A stretch of 39,327 bases of DNA from an uncultured Ruminococcus sp. (GTDB taxonomy: Bacteria; Bacillota; Clostridia; Oscillospirales; Acutalibacteraceae). Made by a program: the position numbers and the translations under genes. The notes beneath the pieces are model-generated. The model was not told the DNA's origin. It worked only from the letters and a program-made list of their open reading frames with translations, and searched no databases. The stretch is taken from NCBI GenBank assembly GCA_902772855.1, contig CACYCG010000194.1, positions 1-39,327 on the forward strand, written 5' to 3'. This document shows, one piece after another, positions 1 to 7,577 of this stretch (position 1 is the stretch's first letter; every line of letters begins with the position of its first letter).

Positions 1-189
1 GCCAGCGTGACGCTGGACCCGGGATTTTCAGGCGTCCTTCTTCTGACAGCCTATTGCAAATAATCCCAGAAATATTTTACACCAACGGCCAGCCAGCGTG
101 ACGCGCCCAGCGGAAGTGTCCTTGGGGTACTGCATCCGGGATTTTCAAGCCGACTTCTTCTCATCAAGTTTCACTTTGAATCCGGCTAT

Positions 190-222
190 GAAAACACTGC
201 CGGACCTTGGTGACCCGGCAGT
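190..222 (-). terminator. Intrinsic terminator downstream of the AAA+ protease gene
   Basis: On the minus strand: ACTGCCGG-(11 nt loop)-CCGGCAGT, an 8-bp stem, followed by GTTTTCAT. It begins about 20 nt after the stop codon. Confidence 0.55.
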
Positions 223-242
223 TGAGAATGTTCCCTATCTGG

Positions 243-3200
243 TTATTGTGCCCGATACAGTTCCTGAATTTCTTCAGAGGTCAAGTGGTTTTTCTGAAGA
301 AGAGCCTGTGTGATCGCATCAAAAACAGTGCGGTGCTGTTCGATGATGTCGATAGCATTCTGAAGTTCTTCCTTCATGATCCGGTTGACAAGGGAACGCA
401 CTTCGGAGGCCAGCGGTGCCGAAGAAAGTTCTTCACTGCTGAGCACATACATACCGAATTCCTCAGACATACCATAGGTGCAAAGCATCTTTTTGGCGAT
501 CGAGGTGGCGGACGCTAAATCGCTGGAAGCGCCGGTCGAGATACCGTCATCTGCTCCGTAGCAAACGATTTCGGCCGCTCTTCCGCCCAAAGCTACCCGG
601 ATCCGATTGGTCAGTTCTTGTTTGGTGTAGCCGCTCTTATCCTCATTGTCGTCATACTGCATATAGCCGCCAAAATCCGAACGGGATACGATGGTGACGT
701 AGGAAGGCTTTTCGCCGGCATGACAGCAGATAAGGGTATGACCGGCCTCATGACGAGCGGTTCGCAGCATGATCTCATCGCTCCATTTTTTCTTTTCGCC
801 GCTGTTATAGGTCTCCAGTGCATCATCGAGCAGTTTACCCGTGACGACACGGCTTCCCATGCGAAAAGCGGAGCGCATGGACAACTCCAGAACGGACTCT
901 AAATCGGCAAGGCTTTTGCCGACCGAACGAGCGGCTAAGTTGTCCGCATCCTGATCGGATACATCGAAAACAGCGTTGGCATCGAATTTCATTTGCAGAT
1001 ACCGGCGGCGTTCTTCTCTGGTGGGCAAATCGACATACATCTGGCGGTCAAATCGGCGGGACAGCGCCGGATCCAGCCGTTTTTTGCTCTTTTCCGATAC
1101 ATCGTAGTTCGTGGCTGCCAACACGAACACGGGCTTGGAAGGATCAGTAGAGAAACCGTCCATCTCCGCCAGGAGGGCAGTGAGGGTATCTTCTCCCCCA
1201 TGCAGATTCATTCCGGTCCTCTCCGAACCAATGGCATCAATTTCATCAATAAAGATAACGGACGGGGCGTATTTGCGGGCGGTGCGGAACAGCTTGTGGA
1301 CGGTTTCGGAGCCAAGACCTACCAGCGGCTGGAGGAATTGGTTTCCCTGTGCGCTGATAAACGTGGTTTCGGATTCGCCGGCCAGCGCTTTGGCCAGCAG
1401 GGTTTTACCGGTGCCGGGAGGACCGTACAGCAGCACGCCGCGAGGAGTACGCAGGCCGCTCATAGCATATTTGCGGGGGTTTTTCAGATAATCGGAGAAG
1501 TAGCGCAGTTCTTCTTTAACGTCATCAGCGCCGATGACATCGGAAAACTTGACGTCGGGACGGGAAAGGCTGCTGACGAGGCTATCGCCGTCTTCCGCTT
1601 CTATAGCCGTTTTGGTGTCGAGATTGATGATTTTGATCTCTGCTTCCAGTCCGGCTTCGGTTTCGGTGAGGATCTGAGCGGTTTCAAAGGTCAGCACATT
1701 ATTCCGGCTGGTCATAGCCAGCATTTCCTTCTCCTGATGGATGGCCATGGCGATCTCACGGAGTTTGTCCAGTTCATAGGGACCGACAATGTCCCTCACG
1801 CCCTGATGGAGCAGGGACACTCTTTCTTCCGGACTGTATTCGTGGGTCTTGGTCTGAAGAATATAAACGGGAACGGAGGGGTATTTTTCTGTCATCGTTT
1901 TGATCAGTTTTTTACCCAGCGATTCTACGTCTTTGATGCTCAGGTAATTATGGTGGTTTTCTTCCGTGCCGCATTCGATATCGACCAGCACGAATTTGAT
2001 GTCCTGCTCCACCAGCTGCTTTTCTACAACGGTCAGATCGTCTGTGTAGATGAAATGACAGTTGCAGGGGTCTTCCGCCCGGTTGAGAAGAGTTTTATCG
2101 GAAGAGAATACCAGCACATTTGTTTTTCCCTCTGGGGCAAACACCCGGTGCAGGGTCTCATCGGTCGGAAAATCCAGTGTGAAGTGGATCTGCTTGATGT
2201 CCTCGATCTTATGCGGAACGCTTTCCGAATCGACAATGCGGAAGAGTTCAAACAGTTCGCTGTTGAAGAAGGACTGCGCGCGGGCTTTAACGGTCCGGGC
2301 ATCGCATCCCTTCCCTTCTGCAAACAACAGAGCGGTACTGATTTCATCGGAGATCTGGACTGTGATGTTCAGATTGTCGGCCACTTCATAAGAATTGCGG
2401 TCGAGTTCCCGTTTGACGATCGTAGTCAGGCTTCCCACGTTCATTTTATTGAACATGACCACGTTTCCGGTCGCAAACCGGGAGCAGATGGCCGGCGGGA
2501 AGAACGGAATGCCGGTGAGAGGATTGATGTCCTTTTCCAGAGCATTCAGAATCACTTTTCGGGGCATGGAAGCGAAGTTTTCCTGCTCCGAGTTTTCATA
2601 GGCCTGACGGCCAGCGTTGGTGGTGAAAATCAGGATCGTATCCTTAAAAGAAACTTCCTGTTTGGTAAAATTATCTTTCACCCGTCCGGCATCGAGCATT
2701 TGCAGGAAAATGTGAATGACAGTGGTGTGGCATTTTTCGATTTCATCAAACAGCAGAACACAGCGGGGGTGTTCCTTGACAAAAGAAGTCAGGTGACCTT
2801 CTGCGGAGTTTTTGTACACTGTATCCGAGCCGCAGAACATTAAAGCTGCTTCCTTATCAGAATATTCGCTCATGTCAAAGCGCTGATACGGAAGCCCCAG
2901 CACTTCGGCGGCTGATTCTGCCAAAAAGGTTTTTCCAACGCCGGGAGGTCCGGCAAAAAGAAACGTGGCTCTGGGAGTGGTTCTGGTGCGGTCGGTCAAA
3001 TCCAGCATCAGCGACTGGAAATATCCAGAAGCAAAGGTGGAAATGGCGTTATTCTGACCGCAAAGACGATCCAGCAGGAAGTTGGTGATCTTCTTGGTCT
3101 TTTCAACATAGGAAGCGACTTTCTGGAGCCTTTGACAGCGAAGCTCCTCTAACTGCTCTTCCGTCATCTGTTCCGTCGGAATATCCGGCAGGCTTTCGGC

Positions 3201-3644
3201 TGTCTCTTCTTCTGCCGAAGGTTCCGAAGCGGAAGAAGCACTTTCCACATCGTTTTTCTGGAATAATTGTGAAATCAGATGTGTGGGAGAAGCTATGATA
3301 CAGGAAGCCACCGTATCGGCGGTGATTTCGGTGCGAGAGAGTTTTTTACTCATCGTCTCCGCTTCGTTCATCAGTTTCTGGAGCATGATCGAGTCCATAA
3401 AAGTTTCTTTGCGGGATTTGAGTATTTTTGAAAGCTTTCTTTCGGCCTTCATCGGATCGCACATTCCGCTGATGCAGTTTTTCATTTTGATCTGTTCCTC
3501 TGTCATATCCATGGCATCGGAATTGACAATGTAGTCCAGCATGGCCAGAAATAAGACTTCCACGCTGAGGCTGTTTCCTGTTTTTTTCGTTTCTGCCGTT
3601 TTCAGCAGAAGGTTCATAAATACACTGTTTGACAACGTTGCCAT
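243..3644 (-). CDS. Soluble multi-domain AAA+ protease (1133 aa): Clp_N-like N-domain + ClpA/B-D2-type AAA+ module + receiver-like domain + FtsH-type AAA+ module + M41 zinc metallopeptidase
   Basis: Uninterrupted 1133-codon ORF. ATG at 3644 has GGTGGG 6 nt upstream. First ATPase: Walker A GPPGVGKT (nt 2928-2951), Walker B VLLFDEIEK, sensor IFTTN. Second ATPase: Walker A GPPGTGKT (nt 1401-1424), Walker B VIFIDEIDA, second region of homology LDPALSRRFDR. Peptidase: HEAGH (nt 738-752), GGRAAE and TGASSDL..YGMS as in FtsH M41. No hydrophobic TM-length stretch anywhere. Confidence 0.88.
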   Translation of the reverse strand: MATLSNSVFMNLLLKTAETKKTGNSLSVEVLFLAMLDYIVNSDAMDMTEEQIKMKNCISGMCDPMKAERKLSKILKSRKETFMDSIMLQKLMNEAETMSKKLSRTEITADTVASCIIASPTHLISQLFQKNDVESASSASEPSAEEETAESLPDIPTEQMTEEQLEELRCQRLQKVASYVEKTKKITNFLLDRLCGQNNAISTFASGYFQSLMLDLTDRTRTTPRATFLFAGPPGVGKTFLAESAAEVLGLPYQRFDMSEYSDKEAALMFCGSDTVYKNSAEGHLTSFVKEHPRCVLLFDEIEKCHTTVIHIFLQMLDAGRVKDNFTKQEVSFKDTILIFTTNAGRQAYENSEQENFASMPRKVILNALEKDINPLTGIPFFPPAICSRFATGNVVMFNKMNVGSLTTIVKRELDRNSYEVADNLNITVQISDEISTALLFAEGKGCDARTVKARAQSFFNSELFELFRIVDSESVPHKIEDIKQIHFTLDFPTDETLHRVFAPEGKTNVLVFSSDKTLLNRAEDPCNCHFIYTDDLTVVEKQLVEQDIKFVLVDIECGTEENHHNYLSIKDVESLGKKLIKTMTEKYPSVPVYILQTKTHEYSPEERVSLLHQGVRDIVGPYELDKLREIAMAIHQEKEMLAMTSRNNVLTFETAQILTETEAGLEAEIKIINLDTKTAIEAEDGDSLVSSLSRPDVKFSDVIGADDVKEELRYFSDYLKNPRKYAMSGLRTPRGVLLYGPPGTGKTLLAKALAGESETTFISAQGNQFLQPLVGLGSETVHKLFRTARKYAPSVIFIDEIDAIGSERTGMNLHGGEDTLTALLAEMDGFSTDPSKPVFVLAATNYDVSEKSKKRLDPALSRRFDRQMYVDLPTREERRRYLQMKFDANAVFDVSDQDADNLAARSVGKSLADLESVLELSMRSAFRMGSRVVTGKLLDDALETYNSGEKKKWSDEIMLRTARHEAGHTLICCHAGEKPSYVTIVSRSDFGGYMQYDDNEDKSGYTKQELTNRIRVALGGRAAEIVCYGADDGISTGASSDLASATSIAKKMLCTYGMSEEFGMYVLSSEELSSAPLASEVRSLVNRIMKEELQNAIDIIEQHRTVFDAITQALLQKNHLTSEEIQELYRAQ

Positions 3645-3716
3645 TCAAATCCCACCTTTTTTATTGATTCCCACAGGCATTTTTGGGAACTCTTTCCATT
3701 TTTCTTCTTCTTTTTT

Positions 3717-3756
3717 GCATAAAATCAGGCGGCAGATCTTTGCAGACAGCCGCCTG
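3717..3756 (-). terminator. Intrinsic terminator between the YbjN-like gene and the AAA+ protease gene
   Basis: On the minus strand: CAGGCGGC-(15 nt)-GCCGCCTG, a GC-rich 8-bp stem, followed by ATTTTAT. It starts 12 nt after the stop at 3769. Confidence 0.5.
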
Positions 3757-3768
3757 AACATGACTGAA

Positions 3769-4260
3769 TCAATCGTCTTTGTGGAACCATTCCAGGAACT
3801 CTTCCAGCGTGCTGATGCCTTTATTCAGGGCAAACAGACGATAGCTGTAATTGTCCACAGTATTAGCAGACACACGGACCAGGTAATCCAGAAGATCCTT
3901 GGTGATGGTCGTTCCGGTAAAGCTGGTGTTGATGCGGAAGAAAACGGTGCCGTCGCTCATGTCCAGATCGAAGGAGCCGTTGAGCAGGCTGTAATTGATA
4001 GCAGTCAGAGCGATCATGCCGTCCATGATCTTATCTTCTCTGAAATTGAAGGTGAACGGAGAGAGAATCGAGATCAGTTCCTGCTTGGGTTTGATGCGCC
4101 AAACGAACTTCATCGGGAAATCGTCTCCCGTTACGCTGAAAGTGATTTTCAGATCCTGTCGGTTAGGGTCGAATTTTTTGATGCCGACTTCGGGAAGCAG
4201 ATCCACCACTGCGTCGAAGATCTGGTTTGCTTTTCTGAGTTCAGAATCGGTGATAGCCAT
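3769..4260 (-). CDS. YbjN-family (type III secretion chaperone-like fold) protein, 163 aa
   Basis: ORF with GGAGGT RBS 8 nt upstream of the ATG. Small, acidic, no TM or signal peptide. The pattern LKITFSV..FVWRIKP..LISILSP..ALTAINYSLLNGSFDLD..GTVFFRINTSF is typical of YbjN-domain proteins. Assignment is by eye only. Confidence 0.6.
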   Translation of the reverse strand: MAITDSELRKANQIFDAVVDLLPEVGIKKFDPNRQDLKITFSVTGDDFPMKFVWRIKPKQELISILSPFTFNFREDKIMDGMIALTAINYSLLNGSFDLDMSDGTVFFRINTSFTGTTITKDLLDYLVRVSANTVDNYSYRLFALNKGISTLEEFLEWFHKDD

Positions 4261-4298
4261 AGATATACCTCCATATCAATAAAATAATGTAAACTCAC

Positions 4299-4313
4299 GA
4301 CAGAAATTCTGTC
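4299..4313 (-). promoter_or_regulatory. Inverted repeat GACAGAAATTCTGTC at the predicted transcription start of the YbjN-like gene (candidate operator)
   Basis: 6-bp arms GACAGA/TCTGTC around a 3-nt centre. It lies 10-24 nt downstream of the -10 hexamer at 4323-4328. Confidence 0.35.
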
Positions 4314-4322
4314 ATCTTCTAC

Positions 4323-4351
4323 ATGATACCATATCTGAAAATGTTTGTCAA
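4323..4351 (-). promoter_or_regulatory. Sigma-A promoter of the YbjN-like gene
   Basis: Minus strand: TTGACA (4351-4346), 17-nt spacer, TGG-TATCAT (extended -10, 4328-4323). Confidence 0.7.
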
Positions 4352-4374
4352 TGAATCTTTCCTAAACTGAAAGT

Positions 4375-5736
4375 TTAATTCGGATCCGGGCTGGTTGATC
4401 CGGCTTTGTCCCGCACGATCCGAATGCTCCGGATTCCTGCCTGAAGCAGTTCTTTTTGAACGGACTTTGAGATGATCTCCCCCGGCATGATCAGCGGGAC
4501 TCCGGGAGGACAAGGGCAGGCGGTGTCTGCTGCAATATGCCCTTCTGCTTGTTCAACAGGCAGACAAACGGATGGCGACAGCACGGCCTGGCGGAGAGAT
4601 AGACGCTGCTGCGGGAGAAAGAAGGATCGTTTGCGGGGCAGGAGAGCTTCCTTCCGGGGCATTTGCCGGACAGCGGTTTCCAGGCGGAGAAAATCCTCTT
4701 CTGTATTGAATGGTGTGCAGATCATGACGGCGTTTTCTCCGTCACAGAATTCGCAGTCGATTCCGCAGGATTCAAAATAGGCGATTTGCTGTTTTCCTGT
4801 CAAGCCGACGGAGGCTGTGTTCAGGGTGATGCGAAGCGGATCGCAAAGGCCGGAAGGCAGTTGCAGACCGCATTGTACAGCGGTTTGACGAATGGACTCC
4901 ACTCGTTTTTCGCAGGCTTGATAGGCGCTGATGCCGTCCTGATGCAGCAGGTAGTCAACGCAAAGGTCAATGGAGCACATGATCGGGTAAGAAGGGCTGG
5001 TAGAGCCGAACAAAGCCATCGCTTCCTTGGCTCCTTCGGCATGGGCCTGCGATCGGATCTGCAGTGCTGCTCCCCCGGTCAGTACCGGGAGGGTTTTGTG
5101 CAGGGAGCAAGCAGTCATATCCGCTCCGAGATGCAGCGGATGAAGGTTTTCCTTCATAAAGGCCAGATGAGAACCGTGTGCATTATCCACGATCAACAGG
5201 GCGCCATGCTGATGACATATGTCCGAAAGAACCGGAATATCACTGATTTCTCCGTAATAACTGGGAGAAGTGATGTATAAAGCAGAAGCATCCGGATAGT
5301 TTCGGAACGCCTCCTCCACCTCTTCCGGCCGAATCGTTCCGGTGAATCCGTTGTCTCCTGTTGGCAGCAGCCAGACGGGGTCAATCCCGAGCAGGGCGGC
5401 GGCGCTGACGGCACTCCGATGGGCGTTGCGGGCAAAAAGAATGGTTTTGCCCCGATCGGAAGCTATCTTGAGCATGGTTTGAATGGCCAATGTACATCCG
5501 CCAGCGGAGATCAGGGACCTCCCGGAATGAAACAGGTGTGACAGCGCTTCTTCTGTTTTTCGGATAGCGCCGGCCGCTTCGTACAAAGCGTCTGTATCCG
5601 GAAGTTCCGTATAATCCAGCCGAAGCAGCTCAAGCGGAAGAAAAGATGAGCATTTGTGGCCCGGCGTGTGAAAAGAGGAGCGGTGGAGTTTGTCGTGTTC
5701 CTGCAGGCAGGTCAGCAGAGGAGTTCGCTGCTCCAT
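4375..5736 (-). CDS. PLP-dependent Orn/Lys/Arg decarboxylase family protein (453 aa)
   Basis: SLHKTLP PLP-lysine motif and family-typical N-terminus FHTPGHK. Start moved to the ATG at 5736 because it has AGGAGG 7 nt upstream. The track start at 5796 lies inside the promoter -35 element. Confidence 0.85.
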   Translation of the reverse strand: MEQRTPLLTCLQEHDKLHRSSFHTPGHKCSSFLPLELLRLDYTELPDTDALYEAAGAIRKTEEALSHLFHSGRSLISAGGCTLAIQTMLKIASDRGKTILFARNAHRSAVSAAALLGIDPVWLLPTGDNGFTGTIRPEEVEEAFRNYPDASALYITSPSYYGEISDIPVLSDICHQHGALLIVDNAHGSHLAFMKENLHPLHLGADMTACSLHKTLPVLTGGAALQIRSQAHAEGAKEAMALFGSTSPSYPIMCSIDLCVDYLLHQDGISAYQACEKRVESIRQTAVQCGLQLPSGLCDPLRITLNTASVGLTGKQQIAYFESCGIDCEFCDGENAVMICTPFNTEEDFLRLETAVRQMPRKEALLPRKRSFFLPQQRLSLRQAVLSPSVCLPVEQAEGHIAADTACPCPPGVPLIMPGEIISKSVQKELLQAGIRSIRIVRDKAGSTSPDPN

Positions 5737-5767
5737 AATAATGCCTCCTAACCGATGAGATGCTTTC

Positions 5768-5796
5768 ATTATAGCATTACGGATGCCCTTCTGCAA
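5768..5796 (-). promoter_or_regulatory. Sigma-A promoter of the decarboxylase gene
   Basis: Minus strand: TTGCAG (5796-5791), 17-nt spacer, TGC-TATAAT (extended -10, 5776-5768). Confidence 0.7.
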
Positions 5797-6066
5797 GCAG
5801 ACCTGTCCTCTATGTGGGTGTGCCTCTTGTTTCTTTGTTCATTCTGTTTTTGTTCCCATTGGGTCCACCCTCTTTCTTGATTTGTTTTTTCTGGTATTTT
5901 CAGTATATCGTGTCGGGTTCCGGAATCGGCAGGGGGGAAGAAATCCGGAAGCCCGGCGCATTCTTTTGGGAGTACAGCCTGCGACCAGAAGTACATCTTC
6001 CTGGATTCCTCCCCTTTGTAAGTGCAAGTTTTCAGGAAAGGTTTTCCCCGGCTTGGAGAAGGCGGG

Positions 6067-6095
6067 TTGCAAATCATATTCTGAGGGGGTATACT
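6067..6095 (+). promoter_or_regulatory. Sigma-A promoter of folC
   Basis: TTGCAA (6067-6072), 17-nt spacer, TATACT (6090-6095). This gives a leader of about 70 nt to the ATG at 6172. Confidence 0.7.
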
Positions 6096-6171
6096 ATATA
6101 TATATCGTGGTGGGCGATCGTAACAGGGGCCTGATCATGATGGTGACCTGACAGGAAAGGGAGAAAGTAAA

Positions 6172-7470
6172 ATGACGTATGAAGAGGCTGTGGCAGCTAT
6201 TCATTCCCTGCTTCCATTCGGGGTCAAGCCCGGATTGGATAGGATCCGGGAATTGACGGATCGTCTGGGAGCAAAAGACCGTGTTCTGAAGTTCGTTCAT
6301 GTTGCCGGTACCAACGGAAAAGGAAGCACCTGCACTTTGATGGCGGCTGCGCTGACGAAGGCCGGATACCGGACGGGGCTGTTTATTTCGCCGTATGTGC
6401 TGGATTTCCGGGAAAGGATCTCTGTGGATGGGGAAATGATTCCCCGGGACGCATTGGCCGGGATCGTGGAGCGGATCCTTCCGGTGGTGAAACAGATGAA
6501 TGCGGAGGGAAAGATCATCACGGAGTTTGAGCTTGTGTTTGCAGTGGCTCTGGAATGGTTTGTGCAGACGGAGTGCAGCGTTGTGGTGCTGGAAACCGGT
6601 CTTGGCGGCAGATTCGATGCCACGAATATCATAGACTGTCCACTGGTTTCGGTCATTACTTCCATTTCTCTGGACCATACCCATATCCTGGGAGATACCT
6701 ATGAGCAGATTGCCTTTGAAAAATGCGGGATCATGAAGGACGGCGGCGATACCGTGGTATATGGCGAACAGGAAAAAACCGCTATGGCGATGATTCGCAG
6801 GCGGGCCGGAGAAAGCCGTACTCGTCTTTGGACAGCACTTCCCGAAAAAGCCACGGTGCTGTCTTCCGACATCCACGGAACCTTTTTTGATACGGTTTAT
6901 ATGGGAGAGCCTTTGCACTGTTTTCTGAAAATGATCGGAGCCCATCAGGTTAAAAACGCCGTGACAGCGCTGACGGCTTTGGAAGTGCTGAAGGAAAAAG
7001 GGTTTCCGGTTCCGGCGGAAGCTGTTCGGGAGGCGTTTGCTGCCGTTTGTTTTCCGGCCCGGCTGGAAGTGCTGGGAAAAGATCCGCTGATCCTTCTGGA
7101 CGGAGCGCATAATCCGGACGGAGCGGCTGCTTTGGGGGCGGCTGTGAGACAATATCTTTCCGGGAAAACGATTGTGGGGATCGTTGGGATGCTGGCGGAT
7201 AAAGATGTGGACCGTTCTCTGAAGGAAGTACTGCCGCTGCTTCAGGAAGTGATTGCAGTTGAGCCGGATAATCCACGAAAGATGACGGCAGAAGAACTGG
7301 CTGAGGCCGCAAAGCCTTTGTGCCCGTTGGTTTCGCCCGGAAAAGATCTGCTGTCCGCCTATCGGGAGGCCCGCCAAAAAGCCGGACCTTCGGGCGTGGT
7401 TCTGGTTTTTGGTTCGCTGTATCTGGCGTCTGCTGTCAGACCGATTATTTTATCCGAAACCTCTGAATAA
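6172..7470 (+). CDS. folC: Bifunctional folylpolyglutamate synthase / dihydrofolate synthase
   Basis: Mur-ligase P-loop HVAGTNGKGST, with FISPYV, GLGGRFDATN and LLDGAHNP motifs. GGGAG RBS 8 nt upstream. Confidence 0.9.
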   Translation: MTYEEAVAAIHSLLPFGVKPGLDRIRELTDRLGAKDRVLKFVHVAGTNGKGSTCTLMAAALTKAGYRTGLFISPYVLDFRERISVDGEMIPRDALAGIVERILPVVKQMNAEGKIITEFELVFAVALEWFVQTECSVVVLETGLGGRFDATNIIDCPLVSVITSISLDHTHILGDTYEQIAFEKCGIMKDGGDTVVYGEQEKTAMAMIRRRAGESRTRLWTALPEKATVLSSDIHGTFFDTVYMGEPLHCFLKMIGAHQVKNAVTALTALEVLKEKGFPVPAEAVREAFAAVCFPARLEVLGKDPLILLDGAHNPDGAAALGAAVRQYLSGKTIVGIVGMLADKDVDRSLKEVLPLLQEVIAVEPDNPRKMTAEELAEAAKPLCPLVSPGKDLLSAYREARQKAGPSGVVLVFGSLYLASAVRPIILSETSE

Positions 7471-7577
7471 GGCGACCTGCTTCTCCCATTTCCCCTGCTT
7501 TCGCCCTCGTCATATGGTATATTGAATGCAGCGGCAAACGAATTGGTTTTGCCAACAGGTGCCGGGAGGAGAAACTC

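Noticed and set aside
1-63. Possible 3' end of an unseen plus-strand gene (frame +1 is open to the TAA at 61-63)
   Set aside because: Only 20 codons are visible, which is too little to support a CDS call. It is mentioned only as context for the repeat finding.
98-313. 71-aa GTG-initiated ORF at the left edge
   Set aside because: It overlaps the 3' end and the terminator of the protease gene on the opposite strand. It has no RBS and no recognisable sequence features.
993-2843. 616-aa ORF antisense to the AAA+ protease gene, plus smaller antisense ORFs at 1111-1491, 2062-2391 and 3283-3534
   Set aside because: It has no RBS and a junk-like composition rich in F, G, R and H. It lies exactly opposite a gene whose sense frame carries dense, unambiguous Walker, SRH and HEXXH motifs. 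This is a shadow ORF produced by codon bias.
5737-5796. Longer N-termini offered by the ORF track for several genes: decarboxylase 5796, lon 28126, patB-like 25045, dxr 36330, helicase 13032, XRE 17900, Y-polymerase 19054, 93-aa gene 18758, lipoprotein 22576
   Set aside because: In each case a downstream ATG has a properly spaced GGAGG-type RBS. The extension either overlaps a promoter or the upstream gene, or adds non-conserved residues before a family-typical N-terminus.
5861-5870. The minus-strand reading GGGTGGACCC resembles the core of the T-box motif (GGGTGGTACC)
   Set aside because: It lies upstream of the well-supported decarboxylase promoter. It has no specifier stem, no AGAGA or GNUGGNA context, and no terminator/antiterminator pair.
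6096-6171. Possible THF riboswitch in the folC leader
   Set aside because: The leader is only about 70 nt. I could not fold it into the THF-I pseudoknotted three-way junction or find its conserved loops. It contains only short palindromes (CGATCG, TGATCA).
6094-7377. 427-aa ORF antisense to folC
   Set aside because: The translation is rich in Arg, His, Gln and Phe with no recognisable motifs. The sense strand encodes a textbook FolC. Shadow ORF.
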